Shown here piece after piece: positions 33,428 through 42,995 of a stretch of DNA of 64,000 nucleotides (the stretch's first letter is position 1; each line of letters begins with the position of its first letter). The notes below the pieces were generated by a model that saw only the letters and a program-made list of their open reading frames with translations, was not told the DNA's origin and searched no databases. This DNA is from Proteobacteria bacterium CG1_02_64_396 (lineage in GTDB: Bacteria > Pseudomonadota > MNWR01 > CG1-02-64-396), in contig MNWR01000007.1 in the NCBI GenBank assembly GCA_001872725.1, forward strand, positions 5,673 to 69,672, given 5' to 3'. The position numbers and the translations under genes were made by a program.

Positions 33428-34657
33428 ATGAGTTCTTTCGTGCGGGGGCTGCGTTGCCGTGAGTGTGGCGCCGAATACCCGGTTAATCCGGTCCATGTCT
33501 GCGAGTTCTGTTTTGGTCCCTTGGAGGTCGTTTACGACTATGAGGGGATGAAAGGGAAGATCAGCCGGGAGTCGATTGAATCCCGGCCTCAGACGATGTG
33601 GCGCTATCGCGAACTGTTGCCGGTCGATCAGGACCCGACCGTGGGTCGTCAGGTCGGCTGGACCCCTCTGGTCCACGCCAAGCGGCTGGGCAAGAAGCTG
33701 GGTCTGAACCACCTCTACATCAAATTCGACGGGATCTGCTATCCGACCCTGTCGTTCAAGGATCGGGTGGTTTCGGTGGCGCTCTCCAAAGCGGTTGAGT
33801 TCGGTTTCGACACCGTCGCCTGCGCCTCAACCGGCAACCTGGCCAACTCGGTGGCGGCCAACGCCGCCGCCTCGGGGCTGAAGTCCTACGTCTTCATCCC
33901 CCACGATCTGGAGCAGGGCAAGGTCCTTGGCTCGGCGATCTACGGCACCAACATGGTTGGAATCAAGGGGAGCTATGACGAGGTGAACCGGTTGTGCTCC
34001 GAGATCGCTGGCAACTACGGCTGGGGTTTCGTGAACATCAACCTGCGCCCCTTCTACGCCGAAGGGAGCAAGTCGCTGGCTTTTGAGTCGTTCGAGCAGT
34101 TGGGGTGGCGGATTCCCGACCACTTCATCGCCCCGATGGCCTCCGGCAGCCTGCTGACCAAGATCTGGAAGGCGCGCGAAGAGATGATTAAGTTGGGGCT
34201 GACTGCCGACACCCCGATGAAGATGCACGGGGCTCAGGCCGACGGTTGCGGCCCCATCGTCCGCGCCGTCGAGGCGGGAACCGAGCTCATCAAACCGGAG
34301 CGGCCAAGCACCATCGCCAAGTCGCTGGCGATTGGCAATCCGGCCGACGGCTTCTACGCCCAGCGCATCATCCGCGAGTCGGGGGGCGATGGTGCCTTGG
34401 TCAACGACGATGAAATCGTCGAGGCGATGCGCCTGGTCGCCGAAACCGAGGGGCTATTCACCGAGACTGCCGGTGGGGTGACCATCGGCACCTTGGTGAA
34501 GCTGGCCGAGCGGGGTCGCTTCAAACCCGACGAGGTGGTGGTTGTGGCGATCACCGGCAACGGCCTCAAGACCCAAGAGGCGATTGCCGACAAGTTGCAA
34601 AAGCCAACCCTGATCGAGCCCAAGTTGGCCGCGTTCGACGCGATCATGCAGGGTTAA
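33428..34657 (+). CDS. Threonine-synthase-family PLP enzyme with an N-terminal zinc-ribbon (ThrC-like)
   Basis: An N-terminal Cx2C…Cx2C (CRECGAEY…CEFCFGP) and the PLP-lysine motif SFKDRV. The glycine-rich region and overall fold belong to the ThrC family. 409 aa. Confidence 0.8.
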   Translation: MSSFVRGLRCRECGAEYPVNPVHVCEFCFGPLEVVYDYEGMKGKISRESIESRPQTMWRYRELLPVDQDPTVGRQVGWTPLVHAKRLGKKLGLNHLYIKFDGICYPTLSFKDRVVSVALSKAVEFGFDTVACASTGNLANSVAANAAASGLKSYVFIPHDLEQGKVLGSAIYGTNMVGIKGSYDEVNRLCSEIAGNYGWGFVNINLRPFYAEGSKSLAFESFEQLGWRIPDHFIAPMASGSLLTKIWKAREEMIKLGLTADTPMKMHGAQADGCGPIVRAVEAGTELIKPERPSTIAKSLAIGNPADGFYAQRIIRESGGDGALVNDDEIVEAMRLVAETEGLFTETAGGVTIGTLVKLAERGRFKPDEVVVVAITGNGLKTQEAIADKLQKPTLIEPKLAAFDAIMQG

Positions 34658-34726
34658 ATCAACCGACTATTCCAGCCCCAAGGGCTGCTCCCATTGACGA
34701 ACCAAGCATCGAGAAGGAGTACAACC

Positions 34727-35005
34727 ATGGCCGTTTCCGTTCGCATTCCCACCCCCTTGCGCAAGCTGACACAAGACGCCGACACCGTGAGCGGCGAGGG
34801 GGCAACCATCGCCGAGGTTCTGGGCGACCTGAACAATCAGTTCCCCGGCCTGAAAGAGCGTTTGTACGATGAGAGCGGGGCGCTGCGTCGCTTCGTCAAC
34901 GTCTACCTCAACGACGAAGACATCCGTTTCCTCAATGGCGATGCCACCGAGGTCAAGGCGGGTGATGAGCTTTCCATCGTTCCGGCCATCGCGGGCGGGT
35001 GTTGA
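34727..35005 (+). CDS. MoaD/ThiS-like ubiquitin-fold sulfur-carrier protein ending in GG-Cys
   Basis: A 92-aa beta-grasp protein (…VNVYLNDEDIRFLNGDATEVKAGDELSIVPAIAGGC*). ATG 34727 lies 7 nt after AAGGAG. The C-terminus is Gly-Gly followed by one extra Cys. Confidence 0.7.
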   Translation: MAVSVRIPTPLRKLTQDADTVSGEGATIAEVLGDLNNQFPGLKERLYDESGALRRFVNVYLNDEDIRFLNGDATEVKAGDELSIVPAIAGGC

Positions 35006-35039
35006 TCACTCCCGGTAGTACCCGAACGAGGGGACTGAG

Positions 35040-35279
35040 ATGAACAAGAAGATCTACCTAACCTTCCCCCCCGAGCAGATCTCGGAGCCGGTCATCTACA
35101 ACATCGGCCACAAATTCGAGGTGGTGACCAACATCCGCACCGCCTCGATCTCCCCCCAGGTTGGGGTGGTGGGGTTGGAGTTGTCGGGGGAGCCTGACCA
35201 AATCGAGGCGGCCATCGCCTACATCGAGTCCCTGGGCATTTTGGTGGAGCCTATCGAACTCGACGTCATCGAAGGCTGA
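35040..35279 (+). CDS. Standalone NIL-domain (MetN-C-terminal-like, ferredoxin-fold) protein
   Basis: 79 aa with a NIL-like pattern (…EPVIYNI…FEV..NI…[32 protein letters not shown]…). Standalone NIL proteins are known to co-occur with sulfur-carrier-protein pathways. Confidence 0.5.
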   Translation: MNKKIYLTFPPEQISEPVIYNIGHKFEVVTNIRTASISPQVGVVGLELSGEPDQIEAAIAYIESLGILVEPIELDVIEG

Positions 35280-35307
35280 GTCGCTCACGCATTCATCGGA
35301 GTTCGTC

Positions 35308-36240
35308 ATGAGCCAGATTTACGATTCGATCGTCGACACTGTGGGCAACACCCCCTTGATCCGCCTCAACCGGGTGACCGAGGGGTTGGGGGCCACCGTG
35401 CTCGCCAAGGTGGAGTTCTTCAATCCCCTGGCGTCGGTGAAGGATCGCATCGCTCTGGCGATGATCGAGGCGGCTGAGCGCTCCGGCGATCTCAAGCCGG
35501 GCGGGCTGCTGGTGGAGCCGACCTCCGGCAATACCGGGATCGCGCTCGCTTTTGTGGCAGCGGCCAAGGGTTACCGGTTGATCCTGACCATGCCCGAATC
35601 GATGAGCCAGGAGCGGCGCAAGATGCTGGCGCTGTTGGGGGCCGAACTGGTGCTCACCCCCGCCGCTTTGGGGATGAAGGGCGCGGTCGAGAAGGCCAAA
35701 GAGATCACGGCCCAGACTCCGGGGGCGGTGATGCCCCAGCAGTTCGAGAACGCCGCCAACCCCGCAGCCCACGAGCGCACCACCGCCGAAGAGCTGTGGC
35801 GCGACACCGACGGCAACATCGACGCCCTGGTGGCGGGGGTGGGAACCGGCGGCACCATCACCGGGGTGAGCCGGGTGATCAAAACCCGCCGCGAGGGTTT
35901 TCAGGCCATTGCGGTGGAGCCCGCCGATTCGCCGGTGCTCGAAGGGGGTGCTCCGGGGCCGCACAAGATTCAGGGGATCGGCGCCGGATTCGTGCCGGGT
36001 GTGTTGCAGCGCGATCTGATCGACGAGGTCTTGCCGATCACCAACGACGAGGCCTTCGCCATGGCGCGAAGGATGGCGCGTGAGGAGGGTATTCCGTGCG
36101 GAATCTCCAGCGGAGCGGCGGTCGCCGCAGCGCTGAAGGTGGCCGCCCGGGACTCCATGGCGGGCAAAACCATCGTGGTGATTATTCCCAGCTTTGCCGA
36201 ACGGTATCTTTCCACCGACCTCTTCGCAGGCTTGGCCTGA
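35308..36240 (+). CDS. cysK: Cysteine synthase / O-acetylserine sulfhydrylase family (CysK/CysM-like)
   Basis: The PLP-lysine motif (…[22 protein letters not shown]…) and GTGGT (…[13 protein letters not shown]…). The true start is ATG 35308; the ORF-track 35161 is an upstream extension. Confidence 0.88.
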   Translation: MSQIYDSIVDTVGNTPLIRLNRVTEGLGATVLAKVEFFNPLASVKDRIALAMIEAAERSGDLKPGGLLVEPTSGNTGIALAFVAAAKGYRLILTMPESMSQERRKMLALLGAELVLTPAALGMKGAVEKAKEITAQTPGAVMPQQFENAANPAAHERTTAEELWRDTDGNIDALVAGVGTGGTITGVSRVIKTRREGFQAIAVEPADSPVLEGGAPGPHKIQGIGAGFVPGVLQRDLIDEVLPITNDEAFAMARRMAREEGIPCGISSGAAVAAALKVAARDSMAGKTIVVIIPSFAERYLSTDLFAGLA

Positions 36241-36273
36241 CGGTCGGGGCTTCAAACGAAAGTCATAAAAAAA

Positions 36274-37083
36274 ATGAACTTCACCGAAGAGCAAATCGAG
36301 CGCTACTCGCGCCACATCATCCTTCCCGAGATCGGCGGCCACGGTCAGGCCAAGCTGCTGGGGGCCAAGGTTTTCATGATCGGCGCCGGCGGCCTGGGCT
36401 CCCCGGTCGGGCTCTATCTGGCGGCTGCCGGGGTTGGCACCCTGGGAATTGCCGATGCCGACCACGTCGACCTGTCGAACCTGCAACGGCAAATTGCCCA
36501 CCGCACCGACACCGTCGGGGTCGATAAGGTCGAGTCGATCAAGCGGACCATCAACGCCATCAATCCCGATGTGAACGTGGTGACCTACCCCGAACGCATC
36601 ACCGCCGACAACATCCTGTCGATCATCCGCGACTACGACATCGTGGTGGACGGCTGTGACAACTTCCCGACCCGGTTTTTGGTCAACGACGCCTGCTTCT
36701 TCGAAAAGAAGACCCTGGTCTCGGGGGCGATCTTCCGTTGGGATGGTCAGGTGACCACCTTCCGTCCTCACCAGGACGAAAACGGCCCCTGTTACCGCTG
36801 TCTCTACCCTGAGCCCCCCCCTCCTGGGCTGGTCCCCTCGTGTTCGGAGGCTGGGATTTTGGGCGCCATCGCCGGGATCATCGGCACCATCCAGGCGGCC
36901 GAGGTGGTCAAAGAGATTCTTGGGGTTGGCCGCTCGCTGTCGGGCAGCTTGATGATTTACGACGCCTTGGATGCCCACTGGCGCAAGGTGAAGGTCCGCA
37001 AGGATCCCCATTGCCCCCTGTGTGGTCCCAACCCCACGGTGCGTGAGCTCATCACCTACGACCAGGCCTGTACCATCGGTTAA
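36274..37083 (+). CDS. MoeB/ThiF-family E1-like adenylyltransferase
   Basis: The ThiF nucleotide-binding motif (…KVFMIGAGGLGSPVGLYLAAAGVG…) and C-terminal CxxC pairs (CYRC… CPLC). Confidence 0.85.
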   Translation: MNFTEEQIERYSRHIILPEIGGHGQAKLLGAKVFMIGAGGLGSPVGLYLAAAGVGTLGIADADHVDLSNLQRQIAHRTDTVGVDKVESIKRTINAINPDVNVVTYPERITADNILSIIRDYDIVVDGCDNFPTRFLVNDACFFEKKTLVSGAIFRWDGQVTTFRPHQDENGPCYRCLYPEPPPPGLVPSCSEAGILGAIAGIIGTIQAAEVVKEILGVGRSLSGSLMIYDALDAHWRKVKVRKDPHCPLCGPNPTVRELITYDQACTIG

Positions 37084-37171
37084 ACAGTCGAATCCATACC
37101 GCAAAGGCGGGGCGCCTCGTGCGCCCCTCTTTTGTACCCTAGCCATAAGTAAATTTTAGAGGCCAATTAAA

Positions 37172-37975
37172 ATGATCTCTTCAAATAAGCTACACAACGA
37201 CTTCGAGCAGTTCGTCGCCCACCTCAACGCTCAGGAGGGGGAGATCGTCTTCGCCTCCTCCCTGGGGGCCGAGGATGTGGTCATCCACCACCTGCTGGCT
37301 CAGGTGAAACGGCCGGTGCGCATCATCACCCTAGATACCGGGCGGGTCTTCCCCGAGGTCTATTCCCTGATCCCCAAGCTCGAAGAGAAGTACAACCAGA
37401 AGATCGAGATCGTCTTCCCCGAGCGCAGCGATGTGGACGAATTTGTCGGCAAGTACGGCATCAACGGCTTCTACCATTCGGTCGAGGCCCGCAAGGGGTG
37501 CTGCCAGGCTCGCAAAATCAAGCCGCTGCGCCGCGCCCTGGCCGGAGCCGGGGCTTGGATCACCGGGGTGCGTCGGGAGCAGAACGACCACCGCAGCACC
37601 ATCGAGATGAAAGAGGACGACACCGTCTTCGGGCTGACCAAGTTCAACCCGCTCATCAATTGGAGCCAGGACGACGTTTGGGACTTCATTCGCGCTCAAG
37701 GCATCCCCTACAACCCGATGCACGACCGCGGTTTCCCCTCCATCGGCTGCCAGCCCTGCACCCGGGCGGTGGGGGAGGACGAGGATCCCCGCGCCGGGCG
37801 TTGGTGGTGGGAGTGCCGCAATTCGGGCAAGGCCGAGTGCGGTCTGCATTGGAACCCCGAGACCGGCAAGGCGGAGGCGACCTGCAAGGATCGCCCCCAT
37901 GCCGCCGCAGCTAAGAAGGAGGAAAAACCCTCCTTGACCAAGCTGCAACCGGTCCATTTCGGCGCCCATTGGTAA
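37172..37975 (+). CDS. cysH: Adenylylsulfate/phosphoadenylylsulfate reductase, Fe-S type (CysH)
   Basis: A PAPS-reductase fold (…ITLDTGRVFPE…) with a CC pair and a C-terminal CxxC (CCQARKIKP… SIGCQPCT…), which is typical of APS reductases. Confidence 0.85.
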   Translation: MISSNKLHNDFEQFVAHLNAQEGEIVFASSLGAEDVVIHHLLAQVKRPVRIITLDTGRVFPEVYSLIPKLEEKYNQKIEIVFPERSDVDEFVGKYGINGFYHSVEARKGCCQARKIKPLRRALAGAGAWITGVRREQNDHRSTIEMKEDDTVFGLTKFNPLINWSQDDVWDFIRAQGIPYNPMHDRGFPSIGCQPCTRAVGEDEDPRAGRWWWECRNSGKAECGLHWNPETGKAEATCKDRPHAAAAKKEEKPSLTKLQPVHFGAHW

Positions 37976-38045
37976 ACACGGTCGGGGTTTGTGTCTGACA
38001 TGCCCGATGCAGGCCCCCACCGCTTTCCCTCTCCAGGAGGTTGAA

Positions 38046-40289
38046 ATGACAACACCCGTCTGGGTCGATCGCGACGAGATCGACCGACTTGAACATACCC
38101 GCGTTGCTTCTCTGAACGGCAACGTCAGCGACGCGGTTTGGAACACCGAACGTCTGAAGCAGGGGATCTACGGTCAGCGTCAACCCGACGTGCACATGGT
38201 TCGCGCCAAACTGCCGGGGGGATCGATCTCCCCTCGGCAGCTGCGCGGTCTGGCCGATATCGTCGAGGCCGAGGCGATTGATGAGCCGCTGCTCCACGTC
38301 ACCACCCGGCAGGATCTGCAATTCCACTACATCCGCCCCGAACGGCTCGCCCCGGTGCTGCACAAAATGGGCGACTTGGGGCTGATTTCGCGCGAGGCCT
38401 GCGGCCACACGGTGCGCAATGTGACCACCTGCGCCCTGGCGGGGCGTTGCCCCCGTACTCGGGTCGACGGCCACGAGGTGGTCAGCGCCGTCATCCTGCA
38501 TTTTTTGCGGCACCCCCTGGGGCAGAACCTGCCGCGCAAATTCAAGATCGCGGTGGCGGGGTGTGAGTCGGACTGCGCCCTGGCCCCGATCAACGATGTT
38601 GGCCTGACCCCCACCGAGGATGGCTTCTTCCTGGCCGCTGCGGGTGGTTTGGGGCAGGCCCCCAAACCGGCGATCCCGCTGGGAAGCCTGCGCGACGAGG
38701 AGGTCTACCCCGCCATCGAGGCGCTGCTGCGCATTCACCATCGCCACTCCGACCGGGAGCGCCGAGCCCGCGCCCGGCTCAAATTTGTGGTCGAGTCGAT
38801 GGGGAGTGAGGCCTTCCAGGAGCTTTACTGGGAGGAGCGGGAGAACGTCGCCCCCTTCCATAGCGCCCAAGGGGGCGAAAGCTGGGCGCGTCGTACCCCC
38901 GATTTAACTGCGCCGGTCCCAGGTGTCAGCGGTTGGACCAAGCAGATCGACGGCAAGTGGGCTCGCGGCGTGGCGCTGCACAAGGGCGATCTCACACCCG
39001 CCCAGGCGCGGCAACTGGCCGACTTGGTCAGCGGTTTGGGGCTCGACGAGATTGTCCTGACCCAGGCTCAGAATCTGGTGATTGTCGATGTACCCGAAGC
39101 GCACAAAGGGGTGATCGACGAGGGGGTATTCGGCATTGAGGCTTTGATCCCCGCCGACATCGGGGTTTGCCCCGGTGCGGCGACCTGCCGTTTGGGCATC
39201 ACCCGCTCCCGCGATCTGGCCGATTCCGTCGCCGATCTGCCCTTGGGCGATCTCAAGGTGCGGATCTCCGGTTGTGCCAACGGCTGCGGCCACCACGCCA
39301 TCGCCGACTTCGGTCTGCATGGCTTGGCCCGCAAGCGCGACGGCCATTCGATTCCTGCCTACCAGATTCACGTGGGCGGTTCGGCCAGCGGCACCATGGT
39401 TCCGGGTCGCTCCTTGCCCCTGGTGGCGGCGGTTCATGCCCGCGAGGCGCTCAGCCGGTTGGTGGCCGCGTACAACATTGAGCGGCGCGAGGGGGAGTCG
39501 GTGCGGGGTTGGGCCGAACGGATTGGCCCCGAAACCCTTGAAGGTTTGGTGGCCGAGTTCGCCCCCGGCGAGGGGGAGCTCGAAGGGTTGCTCTTCGACT
39601 GGGGCTCCTTCGACCGCTTCTCGACCAAAGAGGTGGGCAAGGGGGAGTGCGCCGCCGCCCTGGTTTCGATGATCGGCGCCCACATGGGCGAGGCGATCTA
39701 CGAGTTGGGCCATGCCCAAACCCTGGCCGCCAAGGGGAGCGTCGCCGCCATCGAATTCGCCCATCGCGGCGTGGTGGCGGCGGTCCGCGCCCTGCTCACC
39801 TTGCGCGGTGAGGAGGAGGGCTCGTGGCAGTTCGGCGAGGAGGAGGCGCTGGCCGCCTTCGAGCGGGGACTGCAAAACACCGAGATGGTGCGCATCCACT
39901 TCACCCAGCTTTATGCCGCGCTGCGCCGCGCCCATCGGGGCGAGGTCGAACCCTTCGTGGCGATTGCCGCCAAGGTGATCGAGACGGTGCGCCGTGCGGT
40001 CGAAAGTCGCGACGGCAGCGACAATCTGCAACCCCCACCGCCCCCCAAGGTGGAGGCGGTCGCCCCCGAGACGGTGCTCGATCTCAAGGGGGTCGGCTGT
40101 CCGATCAACTTCGTTAAAACCAAGCTGCGGCTGGAGATGATGCCGGCCGCCAGCAAACTCACCGTCCTGCTCGACGACGGCCCCCCCATCGAAAACGTCC
40201 CCCTGAGTTTGGAGGGGGAGGGGCACGCCATCGAGGTCAAAGAGCCGTTTGAGGATCGTTGGAAAATCGTGGTGCGTAAGAAGGGGTAA
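38046..40289 (+). CDS. sir: Ferredoxin-dependent sulfite reductase (NirA/Sir hemoprotein family) fused to a C-terminal TusA-like sulfurtransferase domain
   Basis: The siroheme/4Fe-4S cysteine motif (…RISGCANGCGHHAIAD…) and duplicated NIR_SIR ferredoxin-like halves. The last ~75 aa (…LDLKGVGCPINFVKTKLRLEMM…LLDDGPPIENVP…GHAIEV…) match TusA/SirA. ATG 38046 is preceded by AGGAGG. Confidence 0.82.
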   Translation: MTTPVWVDRDEIDRLEHTRVASLNGNVSDAVWNTERLKQGIYGQRQPDVHMVRAKLPGGSISPRQLRGLADIVEAEAIDEPLLHVTTRQDLQFHYIRPERLAPVLHKMGDLGLISREACGHTVRNVTTCALAGRCPRTRVDGHEVVSAVILHFLRHPLGQNLPRKFKIAVAGCESDCALAPINDVGLTPTEDGFFLAAAGGLGQAPKPAIPLGSLRDEEVYPAIEALLRIHHRHSDRERRARARLKFVVESMGSEAFQELYWEERENVAPFHSAQGGESWARRTPDLTAPVPGVSGWTKQIDGKWARGVALHKGDLTPAQARQLADLVSGLGLDEIVLTQAQNLVIVDVPEAHKGVIDEGVFGIEALIPADIGVCPGAATCRLGITRSRDLADSVADLPLGDLKVRISGCANGCGHHAIADFGLHGLARKRDGHSIPAYQIHVGGSASGTMVPGRSLPLVAAVHAREALSRLVAAYNIERREGESVRGWAERIGPETLEGLVAEFAPGEGELEGLLFDWGSFDRFSTKEVGKGECAAALVSMIGAHMGEAIYELGHAQTLAAKGSVAAIEFAHRGVVAAVRALLTLRGEEEGSWQFGEEEALAAFERGLQNTEMVRIHFTQLYAALRRAHRGEVEPFVAIAAKVIETVRRAVESRDGSDNLQPPPPPKVEAVAPETVLDLKGVGCPINFVKTKLRLEMMPAASKLTVLLDDGPPIENVPLSLEGEGHAIEVKEPFEDRWKIVVRKKG

Positions 40290-40400
40290 TTCCGGTCATA
40301 CGGGGGGGCGGGAGCGCCGATCCAGCCTACTCGGTCCCGGAATGACGGCGCCATGTTTGCGACCTAAACGCCTGTATGGCCCAGAAAACAGAGGAACACC

Positions 40401-41570
40401 ATGCAATTGATTCCCCCCCACGGCGGACGCCTGATCAACCGTTGGGCCGACCTTGAAGATGTGCAGGTCCAGGCGATCCTGGGCCGACCCAATCCACTGA
40501 AGATCGAACTCGACGACGTGCGGCTGTGCGATCTGGAGTGTCTGGCCGACGGCGCCCTCTCCCCCCTCGAAGGGTTTATGGGGGAGAAGGAATACCATCA
40601 GGTGCTCGATGTGATGGAGCTGCCCGAGGGGCTGGTTTGGCCCTTCCCCATCGTTTTGCCGGTGACCCAGGCGGTGGCGAAGCAAACCGAGCCGGGGCAG
40701 AAGGTGCTTTTGACCGGCGCCGGGCAAACCCTGGGTTGGATCGAAGTGAGCGGGTACTTCAAACGCAACCCCACCAAGGAGGCCAACCGGATCTACGGCA
40801 CCCTGGAGGAGGATCACCCCGGCGTGAAGCGGGTGATGTCGGAGCCGGAGTACGCCCTGGCGGGATCGGTGACGGTGGTCCGTCTGCCCGAGCGACCCTT
40901 CCCGGAGCAACGACTCACTCCGGTCCAGACGCGGGCCGAGTTCGTCAAGCGGGGCTGGAAAACGGTGGTCGCTTTTCAGACCCGCAATCCGATCCATCGG
41001 GCCCACGAATACATCACCAAGTGCGCCCTTGAGGTGGTCGACGGGTTGCTCATCCACCCACTGGTGGGGACAACCAAAAGCGACGACATCCCGGCCGATG
41101 TGCGCATGAAGTGCTACGAGCGGTTGATGCGCGATTACTACCCAGCCGACCGCACCATGCTCTCGGTTTTTCCGGCGGCGATGCGTTACGCCGGGCCGCG
41201 TGAGGCGCTCTTCCACGCCATCGTGCGCAAGAACTACGGCTGTACCCACTTGATCGTGGGACGCGACCACGCCGGGGTGGGCGACTACTACCATCCGTTT
41301 GCCGCCCATGCGATTTTTGACCGTTTCGAGCCGGGCGACATCGGTATCATCCCGCTGCGTTTCGACGCCACCTTCTATTGCAAGCAGTGTGCAGCGATGG
41401 CGTCGTACAAAACCTGCCCCCACGATGGGGAGCACCATGTCGCCCTGTCGGGGACCAAGGTGCGCAAGATGCTCGGCGAGGGGGTCCACCCCCCGGCGGA
41501 GTTCTCCCGCCCCGAGGTGGCGGCGATTTTGGTCGAGTCCTACCGGCAACGGTTCGATCCCGGGATTTGA
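40401..41570 (+). CDS. sat: Sulfate adenylyltransferase (ATP sulfurylase)
   Basis: The QTRNPIHRAHE motif and the GRDHAG(V)G motif. 389 aa. Confidence 0.88.
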   Translation: MQLIPPHGGRLINRWADLEDVQVQAILGRPNPLKIELDDVRLCDLECLADGALSPLEGFMGEKEYHQVLDVMELPEGLVWPFPIVLPVTQAVAKQTEPGQKVLLTGAGQTLGWIEVSGYFKRNPTKEANRIYGTLEEDHPGVKRVMSEPEYALAGSVTVVRLPERPFPEQRLTPVQTRAEFVKRGWKTVVAFQTRNPIHRAHEYITKCALEVVDGLLIHPLVGTTKSDDIPADVRMKCYERLMRDYYPADRTMLSVFPAAMRYAGPREALFHAIVRKNYGCTHLIVGRDHAGVGDYYHPFAAHAIFDRFEPGDIGIIPLRFDATFYCKQCAAMASYKTCPHDGEHHVALSGTKVRKMLGEGVHPPAEFSRPEVAAILVESYRQRFDPGI

Positions 41571-41596
41571 GGAATTGCTCCTGGTGACGCAGACAA

Positions 41597-41629
41597 GGCC
41601 GGCCGCAAGGTCGGCTTTTTTTTGGGAGA
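41597..41629 (+). terminator. Intrinsic terminator after sat
   Basis: AAGGCCGGCC-GCAA-GGTCGGC followed by TTTTTTTT. Confidence 0.5.
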
Positions 41630-41635
41630 AATGCC

Positions 41636-42910
41636 ATGAGCAAAAATCATGGTTTGTTCATCGCGGCGTTGATCGCCGTCGTCCTCTGGTTCGCCCAGCC
41701 CTGGATCGCTCCGGCCTGGAGCGCAACCTCGTGGCATGCCCTGGTCATCGCCCTGTTCGTCATGGCGTTGTGGGTGGGGCAGTTTTTACCGTTGCCGGTC
41801 ACCGGTCTGCTCGCGGTCACCCTGATCGTGGTGGCCGGGGTTCTCCCCGCCAAGGCCGCCTTTGCCGCGTTTGCCCAGCCGACCCTGTTTTTCATCATCG
41901 GCGCCCTGGCGCTGGCGGTGGGGGTGGAGGAGAGCGGCCTGGGGCGCACCATCGCCTGCAAGGTCTTCCACGCCGCCAAACCGACGGTGGGGGGGGTGCG
42001 GCGCGCCACCCTATGGGGGAGCGCGGCGCTGGCGCTGGTGATTCCCGAACACGCGGTCGCCGCCGTGGTGATCCCCATGGCGACCCAGATCATCCCCAAG
42101 GGGAGCAAACACCCCAGCATCATCCTGGCCGCCGCTCTGGGGGCGGTGATCGGGGGGATCGTCACCTTCCTGGGGGGCGCCCGGAATATTCTGGCGGTGT
42201 CGATCCTTGAGGAATTCCAGGGGACGGGGATCGCCCACGGCACCTGGATCCTCGACGCCCTGCCGGTGGCGGCCTTGATTCTGCTGCTGGCCGATCTGCT
42301 GCTGACCCGTTTGGAACCGGGTTCGACCCCTTTGACCCTTCCCGAACATTGCCCAACGACTGCGCAGGGAAAACGTATGGCTTGGGTCATGGCCGCCGCG
42401 ATTGCCGCCTGGGCTTTTTGGGGCGAAACGGTGGGGCTGGCCCCCATCGCCCTGGCCGCCACGGTGGCGATGGTGGTCTTCAAGGCGGCCAAGTGGGAGG
42501 CGGTTTCTAAGCATCTGCCCTGGGGGGTGGTGCTGATGTTCGGCGGGGCGCTGGCCATGGGGGGGGCGCTGGCCCAAAGCGGGGCGGCGGCCAACATCGC
42601 CGCCTACACCCCCGATTCGGTGGGTCTTGCCGCCGCCATGTCGATGATTTTGACCCAGGGGATCAGCAACGCCGCCGCCGTGGCGACCTTGCTGCCCATC
42701 CTGTTGCCCGGCTCTTCCGATCCCATCGCCACGACCCTGGCCATCGCCCTGGGTGGAGGGCTCGCCTTCGCCCTGCCGATGGGCGCGCCCGCCATTGCCA
42801 TTGCCTGGGCGACCGGGCAGGTGACGATGGGACAACTGGTGCGCATCGGGGTCACCTTGGGGATCGCCTCGTGGTTCATCCTCATGGGGGCAGCCGCTTG
42901 GTGGTGGTGA
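41636..42910 (+). CDS. Anion permease of the ArsB/NhaD/DASS (SLC13-like) superfamily, putative sulfate transporter
   Basis: A 424-aa polytopic protein with a two-repeat topology. Its position right after sat fits sulfate uptake, but this is inference. Confidence 0.65.
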   Translation: MSKNHGLFIAALIAVVLWFAQPWIAPAWSATSWHALVIALFVMALWVGQFLPLPVTGLLAVTLIVVAGVLPAKAAFAAFAQPTLFFIIGALALAVGVEESGLGRTIACKVFHAAKPTVGGVRRATLWGSAALALVIPEHAVAAVVIPMATQIIPKGSKHPSIILAAALGAVIGGIVTFLGGARNILAVSILEEFQGTGIAHGTWILDALPVAALILLLADLLLTRLEPGSTPLTLPEHCPTTAQGKRMAWVMAAAIAAWAFWGETVGLAPIALAATVAMVVFKAAKWEAVSKHLPWGVVLMFGGALAMGGALAQSGAAANIAAYTPDSVGLAAAMSMILTQGISNAAAVATLLPILLPGSSDPIATTLAIALGGGLAFALPMGAPAIAIAWATGQVTMGQLVRIGVTLGIASWFILMGAAAWWW

Positions 42911-42914
42911 GGTA

Positions 42915-42941
42915 GGTCGGACAGGTCGGACCTGTCCGACC
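42915..42941. other. Perfect 11-bp hairpin after the permease gene
   Basis: GGTCGGACAGG-TCGGA-CCTGTCCGACC, with no strong U-tract. Confidence 0.35.
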
Positions 42942-42995
42942 CTCCCCTTTCGAGGTTATCCTGACCCCCCGTCACGGATTCCCCCGGAGCCCACC

